Positions 36,338-48,494 of a stretch of 64,000 nucleotides of DNA are shown here, in pieces; position 1 is the first letter of the stretch; the number at the start of each line of letters is the position of its first letter. The stretch spans positions 9,798,001 through 9,862,000 of the forward strand of contig NC_086109.1 in NCBI RefSeq assembly GCF_963921235.1, in the 5' to 3' direction. This stretch comes from Mobula hypostoma (taxonomy: Eukaryota). Made by a program: the position numbers and the translations under genes. The notes under the pieces were generated by a model. That model saw only the letters and a program-made list of their open reading frames with translations. It was not told where the DNA came from and searched no databases.

Positions 36338-37199
36338 CTGGCTTGCTTTGTTGCTGTTGTTGCCTGTATTGTTCTGTTGAATAGTATGGACATGCTGTGT
36401 TGGTGTGGGATGTGTGGCTGCGCTTGTGGGCTACCGCCCCCCCCCAGCACATTCTCAAGTTATTTTGGCTGTTAATGTAATCTATACATTTCATTGTATG
36501 ATTAGATGTATAAGTGATAAATAAATTAATCTGAATGCCCTGACAGTTTCAAAGCTTGGTGCACGTGTGTATCAGAACCCTTGTTTCCTGCACAATTTTT
36601 AGAAAGGTATCATTAAGTACATTTTTGCTTCCCTCAATTTTTCTGTAAAATATGTTTCGTCTGGCTGATGCATTTAAAGTTGAGCAAAGATGAAAGCTGA
36701 TCTGCAGAAATTAAGAATCAAAGTTTAATCAACACGGATTGTAGATTTGGACTCTAATTCAATTCTTACGATGTGTTCTAGTTCTCGTTCTTGTTTTGGT
36801 TGCTCTTTTATGTTACTACTTTTGGATGATTTTTGGCCTGCAGATGATGAACACTTAGCTGAACTGAAATGAAATATGCCTTTTCATTTTGTGTTTTATA
36901 TTGGGGTTTTGTTCATTTATTTTGTTCTCGTTTAGAAGATTTTTTTTTACATGTGGGGGGAGGGCGTGCTCCTGTTTTCTCCCGTAGTCCAAAGACACAT
37001 GGTTAGTGTCAGTGAGTTGTGGGCATGCTATGTTGGCAGCAGAAGTTTGACAACTCGTGTGGGCTACCTAGCACAATCCTCACTGATTTGACTTGAAACA
37101 ACCTGCCCATTTCACTGTATGTTTCGATGTACATGTGACAAATAATCTCTAATGCTTTCATCAGTAAGTGAAAGGGAGTTAACATTCTTTCATGGTTGT

Positions 37200-37428
37200 C
37201 ATACTGAAAGAACTTTACATGAAAAAAAACACAACTGAATTATTTTGTGCTTTATATTTCTAATTAGATCACTCTGTAGAGATCTCTTTGCGCTATGACA
37301 AGAAAGAGTCTTTTTTCTGTTGATCAGTGTCAAAAAAGCCAAATTAAATCCACCATGATTCAATGCCATGAAACAATAAAACATGAACACTTCCAAGGGG
37401 GGGGGTGAATTATTTTTATAGGCAGTGT
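37200..37428 (-). mobile_element. Tc1-type transposon terminal fragment
   Basis: The minus strand begins TA-CACTGCCTATAAAAATAATTCACCCCC, a Tc1-like TIR. Confidence 0.6.
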
Positions 37429-38199
37429 ATTGGAGTTGCAAGTTATCAACTTTATAGAGATTCATAGAATCATAAAATTACACAACACGGAAACAGGTGC
37501 TTCTGCCCAACTCATCTATGTCAATCAAGATGCCTATCTATGCTAATCCCATTTCCCCATAATTTAGCCCAAATCCCTCTGAAGCTTTCCCATTCAAGTA
37601 CCTATTCAAATATGCCTTTAAACATTGTAATTGTACCTGCCTCCACAACTTTCTCTGGCATCTTGCCCTATATTTTTCTACACACAAAGAATGGAAGGGG
37701 TGTGGAATGCTCTGCTCGTGGTGGTGGGAAGACAGATACATTAGGGACTTTTAAGAGACTCTTAGGCATATGGATGATAGAAAATGGAGGGCTAAGAGGG
37801 AGGAAAGGGTTAGATAAGATCTTAGAGTTGGTTAAAGGGACAGCATACATTGTGGGCTGAAGGGCCTGTACTGTTCTATGTTTCTGCTTTTAAAAAATCT
37901 TATTAATGCAACTGAAACGTGTTATGTGCCAGAGATGCTGCTGCAAGTAAGTTTCTATGTTCTATATACCCACCATCCTTTTGTAACAAACTTATCCCTT
38001 GGATTCCCATTAAATCTTTCCCCTCTCATTTTAAATCCATACCCTCTGGATTCAGACTCTCCTTAGAACAAGGTGAAAACTAGGCTTGGATGGTATATTG
38101 TGGTCACAATGGTGGTGACCTCCCCAGCCTTTCACAATGTAAAGCAAACATGGTGGGAAATGGTGGAGAGAGTGGAAGAAAATTCTCCCACAAAATAAC

Positions 38200-38845
38200 A
38201 ATTTTTTTCTCATATTCTTTCTTCAAAACAATAGTTCATCATAACAAAAACTTTTTTTTTAACCCGACAGTTCGACATGCCACAGACTCTCTTTCTCACT
38301 CACAAGGGACGGAGAGATATCACCCATTTTCACAGCGAACGGGGAGACTGGCAGTCGTTGTTTCGGTGTTACAGTCTGCCGCGCCGCTATTTTTTAATTC
38401 GGAGATTCACGACGCGAGAACCGGCAGCACATTCCCCCACCGGCGTTGGCAAAAGAGGGAGAATGCGACTATTTGACTACAGACACCTCCGGCCATACAT
38501 CGAGCGCTGCGAAATCCTGATGTCCCATGTCCCGCGACGCCTCGGTCTGGCGACACCGGCCCGGAATCGGTCGTCCGCAGGGCCGCACCCCGGCCGGACA
38601 CGCCATCTTCCAGGCCGGGCCTGAAGAGCGTCGGAAATCGGTCGGCCGACGAGCTCCAAGAATGGGAACTCATTCCTCGGCGGAAAAAAAACGCGGTTTG
38701 AGTGCCAGTTGCCGATTAGGACCTCGATAGAACCACAACCACCCAGAAAAGGGGGGGGAAAGAGACATCAAAGAGAGGAATTTAAACTGTTTTCGCACAT
38801 GAGCTCGAAGAGGCAGCCACTTGGCGCCATCTTAATTCCGCCCCT
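38200..38845 (-). mobile_element. CpG-rich element starting GGGGCGGAATTAAGATGGCGCC (retroposon 5' leader or CpG island)
   Basis: Very high CpG density at 38340-38830, with two YY1-like AAGATGGCG motifs on the minus strand. Abuts a broken Rex RT fragment. Confidence 0.45.
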
Positions 38846-39050
38846 ACATTTGCAGACGTTTTCGAGTGTTTTAGTTGACAAACCAAATCTCCTCAAACTC
38901 CGAATGAAGTATAGCCACTGACTTGCCTTCTTTATAGCTGCATCAATATTTTGTGTCCAGGTTATGTCCTCAGAGATAAAGACATCCAAGAACCTGAAAT
39001 TGCGCACTCTCTCCACTTCTGATCCCTCTGTGAGGATTAGTTCGTGCTCC
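38846..39050 (-). mobile_element. Rex1/Babar RT fragment
   Basis: ERVRNFRFLDVFISEDITWTQN...KKASQWLYFIRSLRRFG. Confidence 0.85.
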
Positions 39051-39052
39051 CT

Positions 39053-39645
39053 ATCGTCGCATGAATGAAGTTACCGGAGAGGGATACTGGTAGGCGTGAA
39101 GCAGTCTCTTTATTTGACAAAATATCACAAGTAAGCTGACAGCCTTTGGAGTCACCAGTGGGTGGGGTGGAGAGAAAGAGGGAGACCCTTTCAGAGGGAA
39201 AATGACCTGGTTAGCCCCGCCCAGCACAACATTTTGTGTGCTAAAGATCAAAGAAAAATTAAGGACAATTCAAAGAAATCCATATTTACAATGTTTTCTT
39301 TAAACTACACACAAGTCCACATTTACAATGCTTCCTTTAAACTATACACAACAGATCCATATTTACAATGCTTCCTTTGAACTACACACCCCTTTCACAT
39401 CTCCTTCCTTTAGGCTTTGCACACATACTGCAAACACCCAAATACACACAACTAACAAATTTAAATCAGTGTTGTCTGGTCTTCTAATTAACTGTGGTGT
39501 CTTCCAGTTAATTTTGTTCATGGTTCTTAGGAACCCATTGTTCAGAGTTGCACTTTAGGTTTACTCGTCAATGCATATTCAGATCGGAAGGTTGGTCGCT
39601 GAAGTCAAAATTTGCTTTGTCTCTTAATCCCAAAAATGTCCTAAT
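39053..39645 (-). repeat. 3' LTR
   Basis: Aligns along its length with 44778-45312. AATAAA on the minus strand near 39110. A purine tract GAGGGACAAAAGGAAGGA lies just upstream on the minus strand (~39648-39666). Confidence 0.85.
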
Positions 39646-41099
39646 CGTCCTTCCTTTTGTCCCTCCGGGACAAAATAAAATTATACCAGGAAAGGCCAAT
39701 CTTTAGGAGGATCTACTCAAATAGGGCAGCAGAAATGTCCTGCTCAGAACCCTCCCAAACGCTCTATTGGATCTATATCTGCTCTATCATCCCTAATGGC
39801 TACCAACAAAATGCTAAGCAAGGGGATTGTTCCAGAAATGTGAACAACAAGTCTTTAGAAAAGCAACATTATTCGAATGCCTGTTGGCTCTTTCCCTGCT
39901 GGCCGATTGCAGCTTAATCACATTCCTTGTCTTCACCCTTTCATTCTCTGATAGCTAAAACTCTCCCTTTCCAGGGGCACCAGCATGGTTAATGTATTGA
40001 GCTCACAGGCCCTCTCATCGATGAACAGGAAGGGATTGAGGTGGTCTCTATTTGAATGACTGCAAGGACAACCCCCCGGCAGCACCCCCTTCCATTCAAA
40101 CTGTCTAGTCAATTGGTGGCCTGACTGCTGAAAGGACCCAGCTCATTTGTATTCACTTCCCGTTCACGCAGGGGGTGACTGCCTTCAGACTGCACGTGCA
40201 ATCTTTCTCAGTCTGCTATGTCATCAAATTTGTGGAACCTGCTGTCCCTGCTTTAACTTAATCCCTCCCCAAAATCTTTTCTATTCTATGCTATTCAACT
40301 AATTATCTACCTTCAGCAACAAGCCTTCATTACAGAGTACCGTTACCATTACACTTTACACGCTATTGACAGATTTCTGTCACGCTCTTGGTGTCTTCTG
40401 CCTTCGTGTTTGCTGTGAGTCTATTTCCATACAACTGTAGTCAGGTCTGGTGTGGCCGGCTGGTGTTCATCTCTTGGGTTGTCTGTAATTACTGGGTGCA
40501 CTTGATCCCCCACTCTGTCTGTGTGGGCAACAAGCTGGTGAGTCATACGGTTTAACCCAAGTCCAGTGTTTCCACTGGCTGCCTTGCCGAGTCTGTAAGT
40601 GGTGTTTGTTAAAAGTACCGTCTGTGGCCCTATCAATCTGAGAGCAAACCCTGCCTTTTCAGGCAGCACCCTCACCATGATTTAGTTACCCGGCTGTCTT
40701 TAGTCACCCATCTCCTTTCCCTGTGGCTCTGTGAACAGCAATGTGCCACTGTTGTTTTGCTCCACCCTGCACATCTCCGTGTAACCTTATTAAATTGGTG
40801 GTTGTAGTTTCTTCCCACACACTTGTAATTTCTGTTGCTTCTTGTTCTTCTACTGCCCTCCTCACACTGATGTCTGCTCACTCGTTCTCTTTCTGTTCCT
40901 TCCTATCCCTTTCCTGGTGAGTCTTTACTGTAATCACTTCAGGCAGTTGTACTACTTTGAACAGCTCCTAACTGTGCTCGGTCCCTCTCCTTGGGACCTC
41001 ATGACATGATTCCCGCACATCGGCCCGTTTCTCCTCCCTGCTTGAAGCTGCGGTCTCTCTGTGGGTCATGTTAGCCGTTTTGCGGGTCTCACATGTTCG

Positions 41100-41400
41100 T
41101 CATCTCTGTCTTGTCCAAGTTATTTCTCCCTTTGCTGAATCTGTAATGGCCCCTGCTTCCTTTAGGATGTCTATTCCAAGGATGGTACGTTCATTGTTTG
41201 GGCACACCCAGAAATCTACAGGAAGCTGCACTCCCTCAATCTCAAGTATCCAGGGCTGACTTCTCTCCACCCTCATTGTTTCACCTCCTGCACTGGTAAT
41301 GTAAATCACCTCTCAATCGTGGCCAAGAGTAGACCAGTTATCAGTGCTGACGATCCCATGTCCGCTAACATTTTGCATTGCTGGCCCCCTGATAAACCTC
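41100..41400 (-). pseudogene. Retropepsin (aspartic protease) remnant
   Basis: QCKMLADMGSS (DTG to DMG at 41354-41362, consistent with CpG decay), flap-like ITSAGG and C-terminal TILGIDIL. Frameshifted. Confidence 0.85.
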
Positions 41401-42480
41401 TTGTGTACATCGGTGGATGACCGCACTGGCAACAGAGACAGCTGTCAGCCGTTTGACTGACTTCACCAGCTCTACAATCTGCTCAGCAGCCAAATCAGAA
41501 AGAGAGGGCGCTTCTGTGGACTCTGCCGGCTTCAGTAAGTGATTTTTACCCTTCCCTTGTCTTTCAGAGCAACAGTTCCTTACAACATGCCCTGGCTGTT
41601 GGCACACAAAGCAAGTTTTCTGTGATGTCACAGCAGCCTCATTTGCTGCAGCCACGTTATGTTTTCTCTTGCACTTCCTTTGGTCTGTCGCACTGACCCA
41701 TGGAACTATCATGGAGTAGGTTGACCCCACTGCTACCCCAAAATCTAAAACTTCCTGGTGGGCTGAGCTCAGGCCTTCCTTCAGCATTTTCAGGAAGACT
41801 GAGTTATCCCTCCCTGGATTATCTAACCCTGATTACTCCTTATACGCCCGATAATTACATTTTCCTCAGCTCTTTGAATCACTGCTGGCATAATTTACAT
41901 ATTACTATTTAACTATTTATGGTTTTATTACTATTTAATTATTTATGGTGCAACTGTAACGAAAACCAATTTCCCCCGGGATCAATAAAGTATGACTATG
42001 ACTATGACTATGCTGTTATCATTCCCCAATTACTCTCACCACCCTCCAGTTGCTGCCTTACTTCCCCTTCAAAAAGCGATATCTCTCTTCGTTGCTGGCA
42101 TTTCCGGTAGTTGTCCATGTGCCATCCTGCTCCCCCTGGGCCATACTGTCCCACATATCCCTTGGGCACTTTGCTTTTATCAACATATGTATTTCTTTAG
42201 GGTGCACCTGGTGAATTTCATCATTTCCTTGATCTTGCGCCGGAATTCTGAATTCCCACATGCAACGTTAAGTGAGGCCAAATCTGACAAAAAGCTCTGT
42301 TTCCTCCTGGGGGTGAAGGGCTTATGAATGGTGGTAATCAGGGTCAAGGGCTGGGTTGGGGCTCCAGTGTTCTCGACCTGATGTTGCCTGACTTCAATAG
42401 GTGCAATCCTGGCAGATAAACCTGCGTAACTTGCATCGTAATTACCCCGGGGTGCTCTCTTCAGTTATCTGATGAGGTAA
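41365..42480 (-). pseudogene. gag: gag remnant (capsid-like region plus CCHC zinc knuckle)
   Basis: CFVCQQPGHVVRNC in ORF 41365-41787. Upstream fragments NWGMITA/IQRAEENV and AYKE.SG...FLKMLKEGL. Split by a LINE tail at 41881-42011. Confidence 0.78.
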
Positions 42481-42639
42481 CTGTAGCCTTTGGACAGGAT
42501 CAGATGTCATCAAGTGGTGCCCAACCTTCCAATTGGCGAGTAAAACCTGTCCCTGAAATATCTCCACACTAGTTCTCACACAATGCAAAATATAAATGAT
42601 GGATACAAATTAAACAGTACGCACTTAAAACCACAGAGT

Positions 42640-44362
42640 ATGTACTCTGAAGGTCTCAAAGCTATCCGCTTCTTTTTGGATTCCAGACCTAACCAGTTCC
42701 CCTCTACCACCACTCTGCTCTGTCCAGTGGAATTAGTCCTTACTCTTAATAATCTCTCCTTTGGCTCCTCCCACTTCCTCCAAACTAAAGGTGTAGCCAT
42801 GGGCACCCATATGGGTCCGAACTATGCCTGCCTTTTTGCTGGTTTTGTGGAACAATGTATGTTCCAAACCTATTCTGGTATCTGTCCCCCACTTTTCCTT
42901 CGCTACATTGATGACTGCATTGGCGCTGCTTCCTGCACGCATGCTGAGCTCATTGACTTCATTAACTTTGCCTCCGACTTTCACCCTGCCCTCAAGTTTA
43001 CCTGGTCCATTTCCGACACCTCCCTCCCCTTTCTAGATCTTGCTGTCTCTGTCTCTGGAGACAGCTTATCCACTGGTGTCTACTATAAACCTACTGACTC
43101 TTACAGCTATCTGGACTATTCCTCTTCTCACCCTGTCTCGTGCAAAAATGCCATCCCCTTCTCGCAATTCCTCTGTCTCCGCAGCATCTGCTCTCAGGAT
43201 GAGGCTTTTCATTCCAGGACGAAGGAGATGTCCTCCTTTTTTAAAGAAAGGGGCTTCCCTTCCTCCACCATCAACTCTGCTCTCAAACACATCTCCCCCA
43301 TTTCATGCACATCTGCTCTTACTCCATCCTCCCGCCATCCCACTAGGAATAGGGTTCCCCTTGTCCTCACCTACCACCCCACCAGCCTCCGGGTCCAACA
43401 TATAATTCTCCGTAACTTCCGCCACCTCCAATGGGATCCCACCAGTAAGCACATCTCCCCCCCCACCGCTTTCCGCAGGGATCGCTCCCTATGCGACTCC
43501 CTTGTCTATTCGTAGCCCCTCATCCCTCTCCACCGATCCCCCTCCTGGCACTTATCCTTGTAAGCGGAACAAGTGCTACACATGCCCTTACACTTCCTCC
43601 CTCACTACCACTCAGGGCCCCAGACAGTCCTTCCAGCTGAGGCGACACTTCACCTGTGAGTCGGCTGGGGTGATATACTGCGTCTGGTGCTCCTGATGTG
43701 GCCTTCTGTATATTGGCAAAACCCGACACAGGCTGGGAGATCATTTTGCTGAACACCTACGCTCTGTCCGCCAGAGAAAGCAGGATCTCCCAGTGGCCAC
43801 ACATTTTAATTCCATGTCCCATTCCCATTCTGATATGTCTATCCACGGCCTCCTCTACTGTCAAGATGAAGCCACACTCAGGTTGGAGGAACAACACCTT
43901 ATACTCCATCTGGGTAGCCTCCAACCTGATGACATGAACATCGACTTCTCAAACTTTCGCTAATGCCCCACCTCCCCCTCGTACCCCATCCATTATTTAT
44001 TTATATACACACATTCTTTTTCTCTCTCTCCTTTTTCTCCCTGAGCCTCTTGTCCCATGATCCTTTCATATCCCTTTTGCCAATCAACTGTCCAGCTCTT
44101 GGCTCCATCCCTCCCCCTCCTGTCTTCTCCTATCATTTTGGATCTCCCCTCCCCCTCCCACTTTCAAATTTCTTACTAGCTCTTCTTTCAGTTAGTCTTG
44201 ACGAAGGGTCTCGGCCCAAAATGTCGACACACATAAAAGTTGCTGGTGAACACAGCAGGCCAGGCAGCATCTCAAGGAAGAGAAGCTGCCTGGCCTGCTG
44301 TGTTCACCAGCAACTTTTATATGTGTTGCTTGTAATTCCAGCATCTGCAGATTTCCTCATGT
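42640..44362 (+). mobile_element. 5'-truncated Penelope-like element (RT plus GIY-YIG plus pLTR), nested in the LTR element
   Basis: ORF 42583-43515 reads QTKGVAMGTHMGPNYACLF...FLRYIDDC...LPFLDL...YYKPTDS. A broken GIY-YIG follows (43502-43960), then a pLTR with a mutated hammerhead at ~44190-44228. Confidence 0.95.
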
Positions 44363-44756
44363 TTATTCTGCAATCTGCCACTTTTGTGCATCTGAACTCA
44401 TGATGCCTGCTGTATTCCCTTGCATCTAACTGTTAAACCAAAGCACACACACTCACAAATGCATACGCTAAAATACAGCTCCCGCAACGAGAATACGCAC
44501 CTCCACTGGCATTCTGAACCTTCAATAATCACCCTTCACGACTGGTGGCCCCATCTCACCACATTAACACACTAAGTTTTGTCTCTTACATATTCACACT
44601 GCTTTTATATCTACCAATTCAGCTTTTTATGTTCGTGATACCTAGTGTTCCCATGTACCACTGCCCTGAACAGGTCCAAGTGTGAATGCTAATTTTAAAA
44701 ATACTCACCCAGTTAGACTGCTAAGATCTCTGGCCACACAATGGGTCACAAAAAGG

Positions 44757-44777
44757 TATCCCACTCCTGACATCGAA
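44757..44777 (-). promoter_or_regulatory. Primer-binding site complementary to the tRNA-Leu 3' end
   Basis: Minus strand TTCGATGTCAGGAGTGGGATA versus canonical TGGTGTCAGGAGTGGGAT, immediately after the 5' LTR. Confidence 0.82.
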
Positions 44778-45312
44778 TGTTGTTGCATGAATGCAGACAC
44801 CAGAGAGAAGTACTGGTAGACATGAAGCAGTCTCTGTATTCGAAAAAATACCACAAATAAACTGACAGCCTTTGGCGTCATGAGAGAGAGGGAGAGAGAG
44901 AAAGAGAGAGACCCTTTTGGAGGAAAGAAAGTCTGGATGGCCCAGCCCTACACAATATTTTATGTGCTAAAGGTCAAAGACAAATTCAGGTAATTCCAAA
45001 TAAATCCATATTTACAATGATTTCTTTGAACTACACACTACAATTTCATATTTACAATGCTTCCTTGGAACTACACACCTCTTTCAAACCTCCTTCCTTC
45101 GTGCTTCGCACCCATATTACATACACAGAAAATTCACACAACTTAAATCAATGTTGTCTGGCCTTCGAATTAACTGTGGTGTCTTCCAATTAACTTTGTT
45201 AACGGTTTTTTAGGAACCTATTGTTCAGAGTTACATTTTAGATTTAATCTTCAATGCATATTCAGATCTGAAGGTTGGTGGCTGAAGTCAAAATTTGCTT
45301 TGTGTCCTAACC
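44778..45312 (-). repeat. 5' LTR
   Basis: Ends ...GCAACAACA on the minus strand next to the PBS. Homologous to 39053-39645. Confidence 0.87.
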
Positions 45313-47068
45313 CTACTACACCCACAATCTTTGTGTCATCCGTAAACTTTCTAATCCAGTTAACCACGCTATCATCTAGATTGTTGATATAGATGACAAA
45401 CTACAAAAGACCCAGCTCTGATTGCTCCAGCTTACCACTGGTCACTGGCATCCAGTTAGAGGACAACCATCCATTACCACTCTCTGGCTTCTCGCACAAA
45501 GACAATGTCTAATCCAATTTACGACCTCATCTTGAATGCCAAGTAACTGAACCTTCCTGACCAACCTTCCATGCGGGACCTTGTCACAGGCCTTGCTAAA
45601 GTCCATGTATACAATATCCACTGATTTCCCTTCGTCAACCTTCCTGGTAACTTCTCTGAAAAACTCTATAAAATTGTTCAGACATGACCTACCATGTATG
45701 AAGCCCTGCTGATTATCAGTCCATGTCTGTCCAAATATTTATATATTAAGTCCCTCAGAGTACCTTCCAATAACTTTCCTGCTACTGATGTCAGGCTCAC
45801 CAGCCTATAAATTTCTGGTTTATTTTAGAGCCTTTCTTGAACAGCAGAACAACATTGACTATCCTCCAATCATTGGGTACCTCACCTGTCACTAAGGATG
45901 ATTTAAATATCTCTGCTAGTGCCCCGGCAATTTCTGCACTTGCCCCCTGCAGGGTCCGCGGGAACACCTAGTCAGGCACTGGGGTATTATCCATCTATAG
46001 ACTCTGTGTCCATCTCCTGAATAAATACAGATACAAAAAAAATTATTTAAGATCTCCCCCATCTCTTTTGGCTCCACATATGGATTACCATTCTGCTCTT
46101 CCAGAGGACTAATTTTGTCCCATGCAATCCTTTTACTCTTAAAATACGTGCAGAATCTCTTCTCCTTCACTCTGTCTGCTAGGGAAACCTCATGCCTTGT
46201 TTTAGCCTTCTTGATTTCTTTCTTAAGTGTTGTCTTGCATTTCTAATACTTCATAAGCACCCCATTTGTTCCTACCTGCCTATACATACACCTCACTCTT
46301 TTCTTAACCAGGACCTCAATAGTTCTTTAAAACCAAGGTTTCCAACACCTGGTACCATTACCTTGTATTCTGACAGACACAAACAAACTTTATACTCTCA
46401 TAATTTCACTTTTGAAGGCTTCTCAATTACCAAGTACACTTTTGCTGGAAGACAGCCTGTCCAAGTCCATACTTGCCAGATCCTTACTGATACCATCAAA
46501 ATTGGTCTTTCTTCAATTTTAAAATCTCAACCCACGGACCAGACCTACCTTTTTGCATATTTACTTTGAAGCTAATGTCGTCATGATCACTAGATGCAAA
46601 GTGTTCCCCTACAAAAATTTCTGACACCTGTCCTGTCTCATTCCTTAATAGTTGATTAAGTATTGCACACTCTCTCACTGGGACTTCTATGTACCGATTA
46701 AGGAAACTTTCCTGAACATATCTGACAAAACTTTATCCCATCTAGTCTTTTTACAGTATGGGAGTCCCAGTTAATATGTGGAAAGTTAAAATCACATGCT
46801 ATAAGAAACTTCTGTTTCTTGCAACAGTCTGTGATCTCTCTGCAAATTTGTTCCTCTACATTCCTTGGACTGTTGGGTGGTCTGTATTATATCACAGTTA
46901 GCCCCATTAACATGGTTATACCTTTCTTATTTCTCAGTTCCACCCATAATGCATAACTAGATTAGTTGTTCAGCCTATCCTAATTGAGCACTGCTGTGGT
47001 ATTTTCCCTGACTAGCAACGTCATTCCTCCTCCTTTAATCTGTCACGTCCAAAACAATGGAACCCTGG
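45313..47068 (-). mobile_element. Degraded CR1 ORF2 (APE to RT FADD region)
   Basis: CAILNQLLRNETGQVSEIFVGEHFASSDH (APE), KRFCTYFKSKRI..KISPL, QGFIHGRSCLNNFIEF and GQL..VVNWIRKFTDDTK remnants. Confidence 0.85.
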
Positions 47069-47765
47069 TATGTAACTCAATGGACCAGGGCACTAAATTA
47101 TACAGCACTCTGTAACTCAATGGCCTAGTGTTAAATTGAATTGTACCAGCTCTCTGTAACTCAACAGTCCACAGTAGAATTGAATTATACCATCTCACTG
47201 TAATTCAATAGTCTGGGTGTCTCTAGTTTAACAGTCTGAGTGGAATTGAATTATACCATCTCTCTGTGACTCATTGGTATGAGTGGCATTGAATTATACT
47301 GGCTCTTTAAATCAATAGATTGGAGTATCAGTGAATTATACCGGCTCTCTATAAATCTATAGTCAGGAGTATTATGATTAAATCAATTCTTTGTAGCTCA
47401 GTAGTCTGGAGTAGTATTGAAATATAATGTAATTCTATGATCTGGGGTAGCATTGAATTATATCAACTCCCTTAAGCTCTGTAGTCTGCAATAGTATTGA
47501 ATTATACTGGCTCTCTGTAACTCAATAGACTGGAATAGTATTGAATTATACCGGCTCTCTAGTTCAATGGTGTGGAGCTGTACTGAATTGTACCAGATCA
47601 ACTCATTATCATTAAGTGGTCTGGAGTAGCTTTGAATTATACCAGCTCTCTGTAATTTAATTGTCCATCATAGCATTGAATTATACAGGCACTCTGTACT
47701 TTGGTGGTCCAGATTAACATTGAATTATAGGGGCTCTCTGTAAATCAATGGTGCAGATTAACATC

Positions 47766-47920
47766 AAATTATACAGGCTCTCAGTAATTATCACATTGTA
47801 CAGGCTCTCAGTAATTACCATATTATACAGGCTCTCAGTAATTATCACATTGTACAGGCTCTCAGTAATTATCACATTATATAGGCTCTCAGTAATTATA
47901 TTATACTGGCTCTCAGTAAC
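47766..47920 (+). repeat. 27-bp minisatellite derived from the 44-bp monomer
   Basis: About 6 copies of TATACAGGCTCTCAGTAATTATCACAT. Confidence 0.9.
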
Positions 47921-48494
47921 TCAATGTTCCGGTGTAGCGTTCAATTTTACTGTCTCTCTATAACTCAGTAGTATGTAGTGGTATTGCATTACACCGGCTG
48001 TTTGTAACTCATTGGTCCAGAGTAACACTGAATTATACTGACTCTTTGTAATTCAATAGTTTGGTGTATCAGTGAATTATACCGACTCTCTGTAACTCAA
48101 TAGTCTGGAGTATTATTCAATTATATCACCTCGCTATAACTGAATATTCCAGAGTCCCATTGAATTATACTGGTTCTTTGTAACTCAATATTCTGGGGTG
48201 GTCTCAAGTTATACCAGCGCTCTGTATCTCAATAGTCCAGAGAAGTATCGAGTTATACCAGCTCTCTGTAACCCAGTGGTCTGGAGTAGCACTAAATTAT
48301 ATCGGAACTCGAATTCAGTTGTTCTGTGTAGCATTGGACTATTCAGGTACTCTGTAATTCAATAGTCCAAATTAGCAATGAATTATAACTACTCTCTGTA
48401 ACTCAATGGCCTGGAGCAGGATCAAATTATACTGAATCAGCTCACTGTATTTAAATAGTGTGGATTGTCATCAAATTATACTGTCTCACAGCTA

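Larger units (their letters stand above)
39053..45312 (-). mobile_element. LTR retroelement (ERV/Gypsy-like) with gag and protease only, degraded
   Basis: Direct repeats at 39053-~39645 and 44778-~45312, a tRNA-Leu-like PBS at 44757-44777, a gag CCHC knuckle and an aspartic protease remnant. Confidence 0.88.

Noticed and set aside
34658..47068. CR1 pieces at 34.7-35.7 kb and 45.3-47.1 kb as one element split by insertions
   Set aside because: They overlap in RT coordinates (both include the VPQG-FADD region) and differ in decay, so they are separate insertions.
47748..47963. Repeat-protein ORF (YRLSVIITL)n
   Set aside because: By-product of a 27-bp minisatellite with no gene context.
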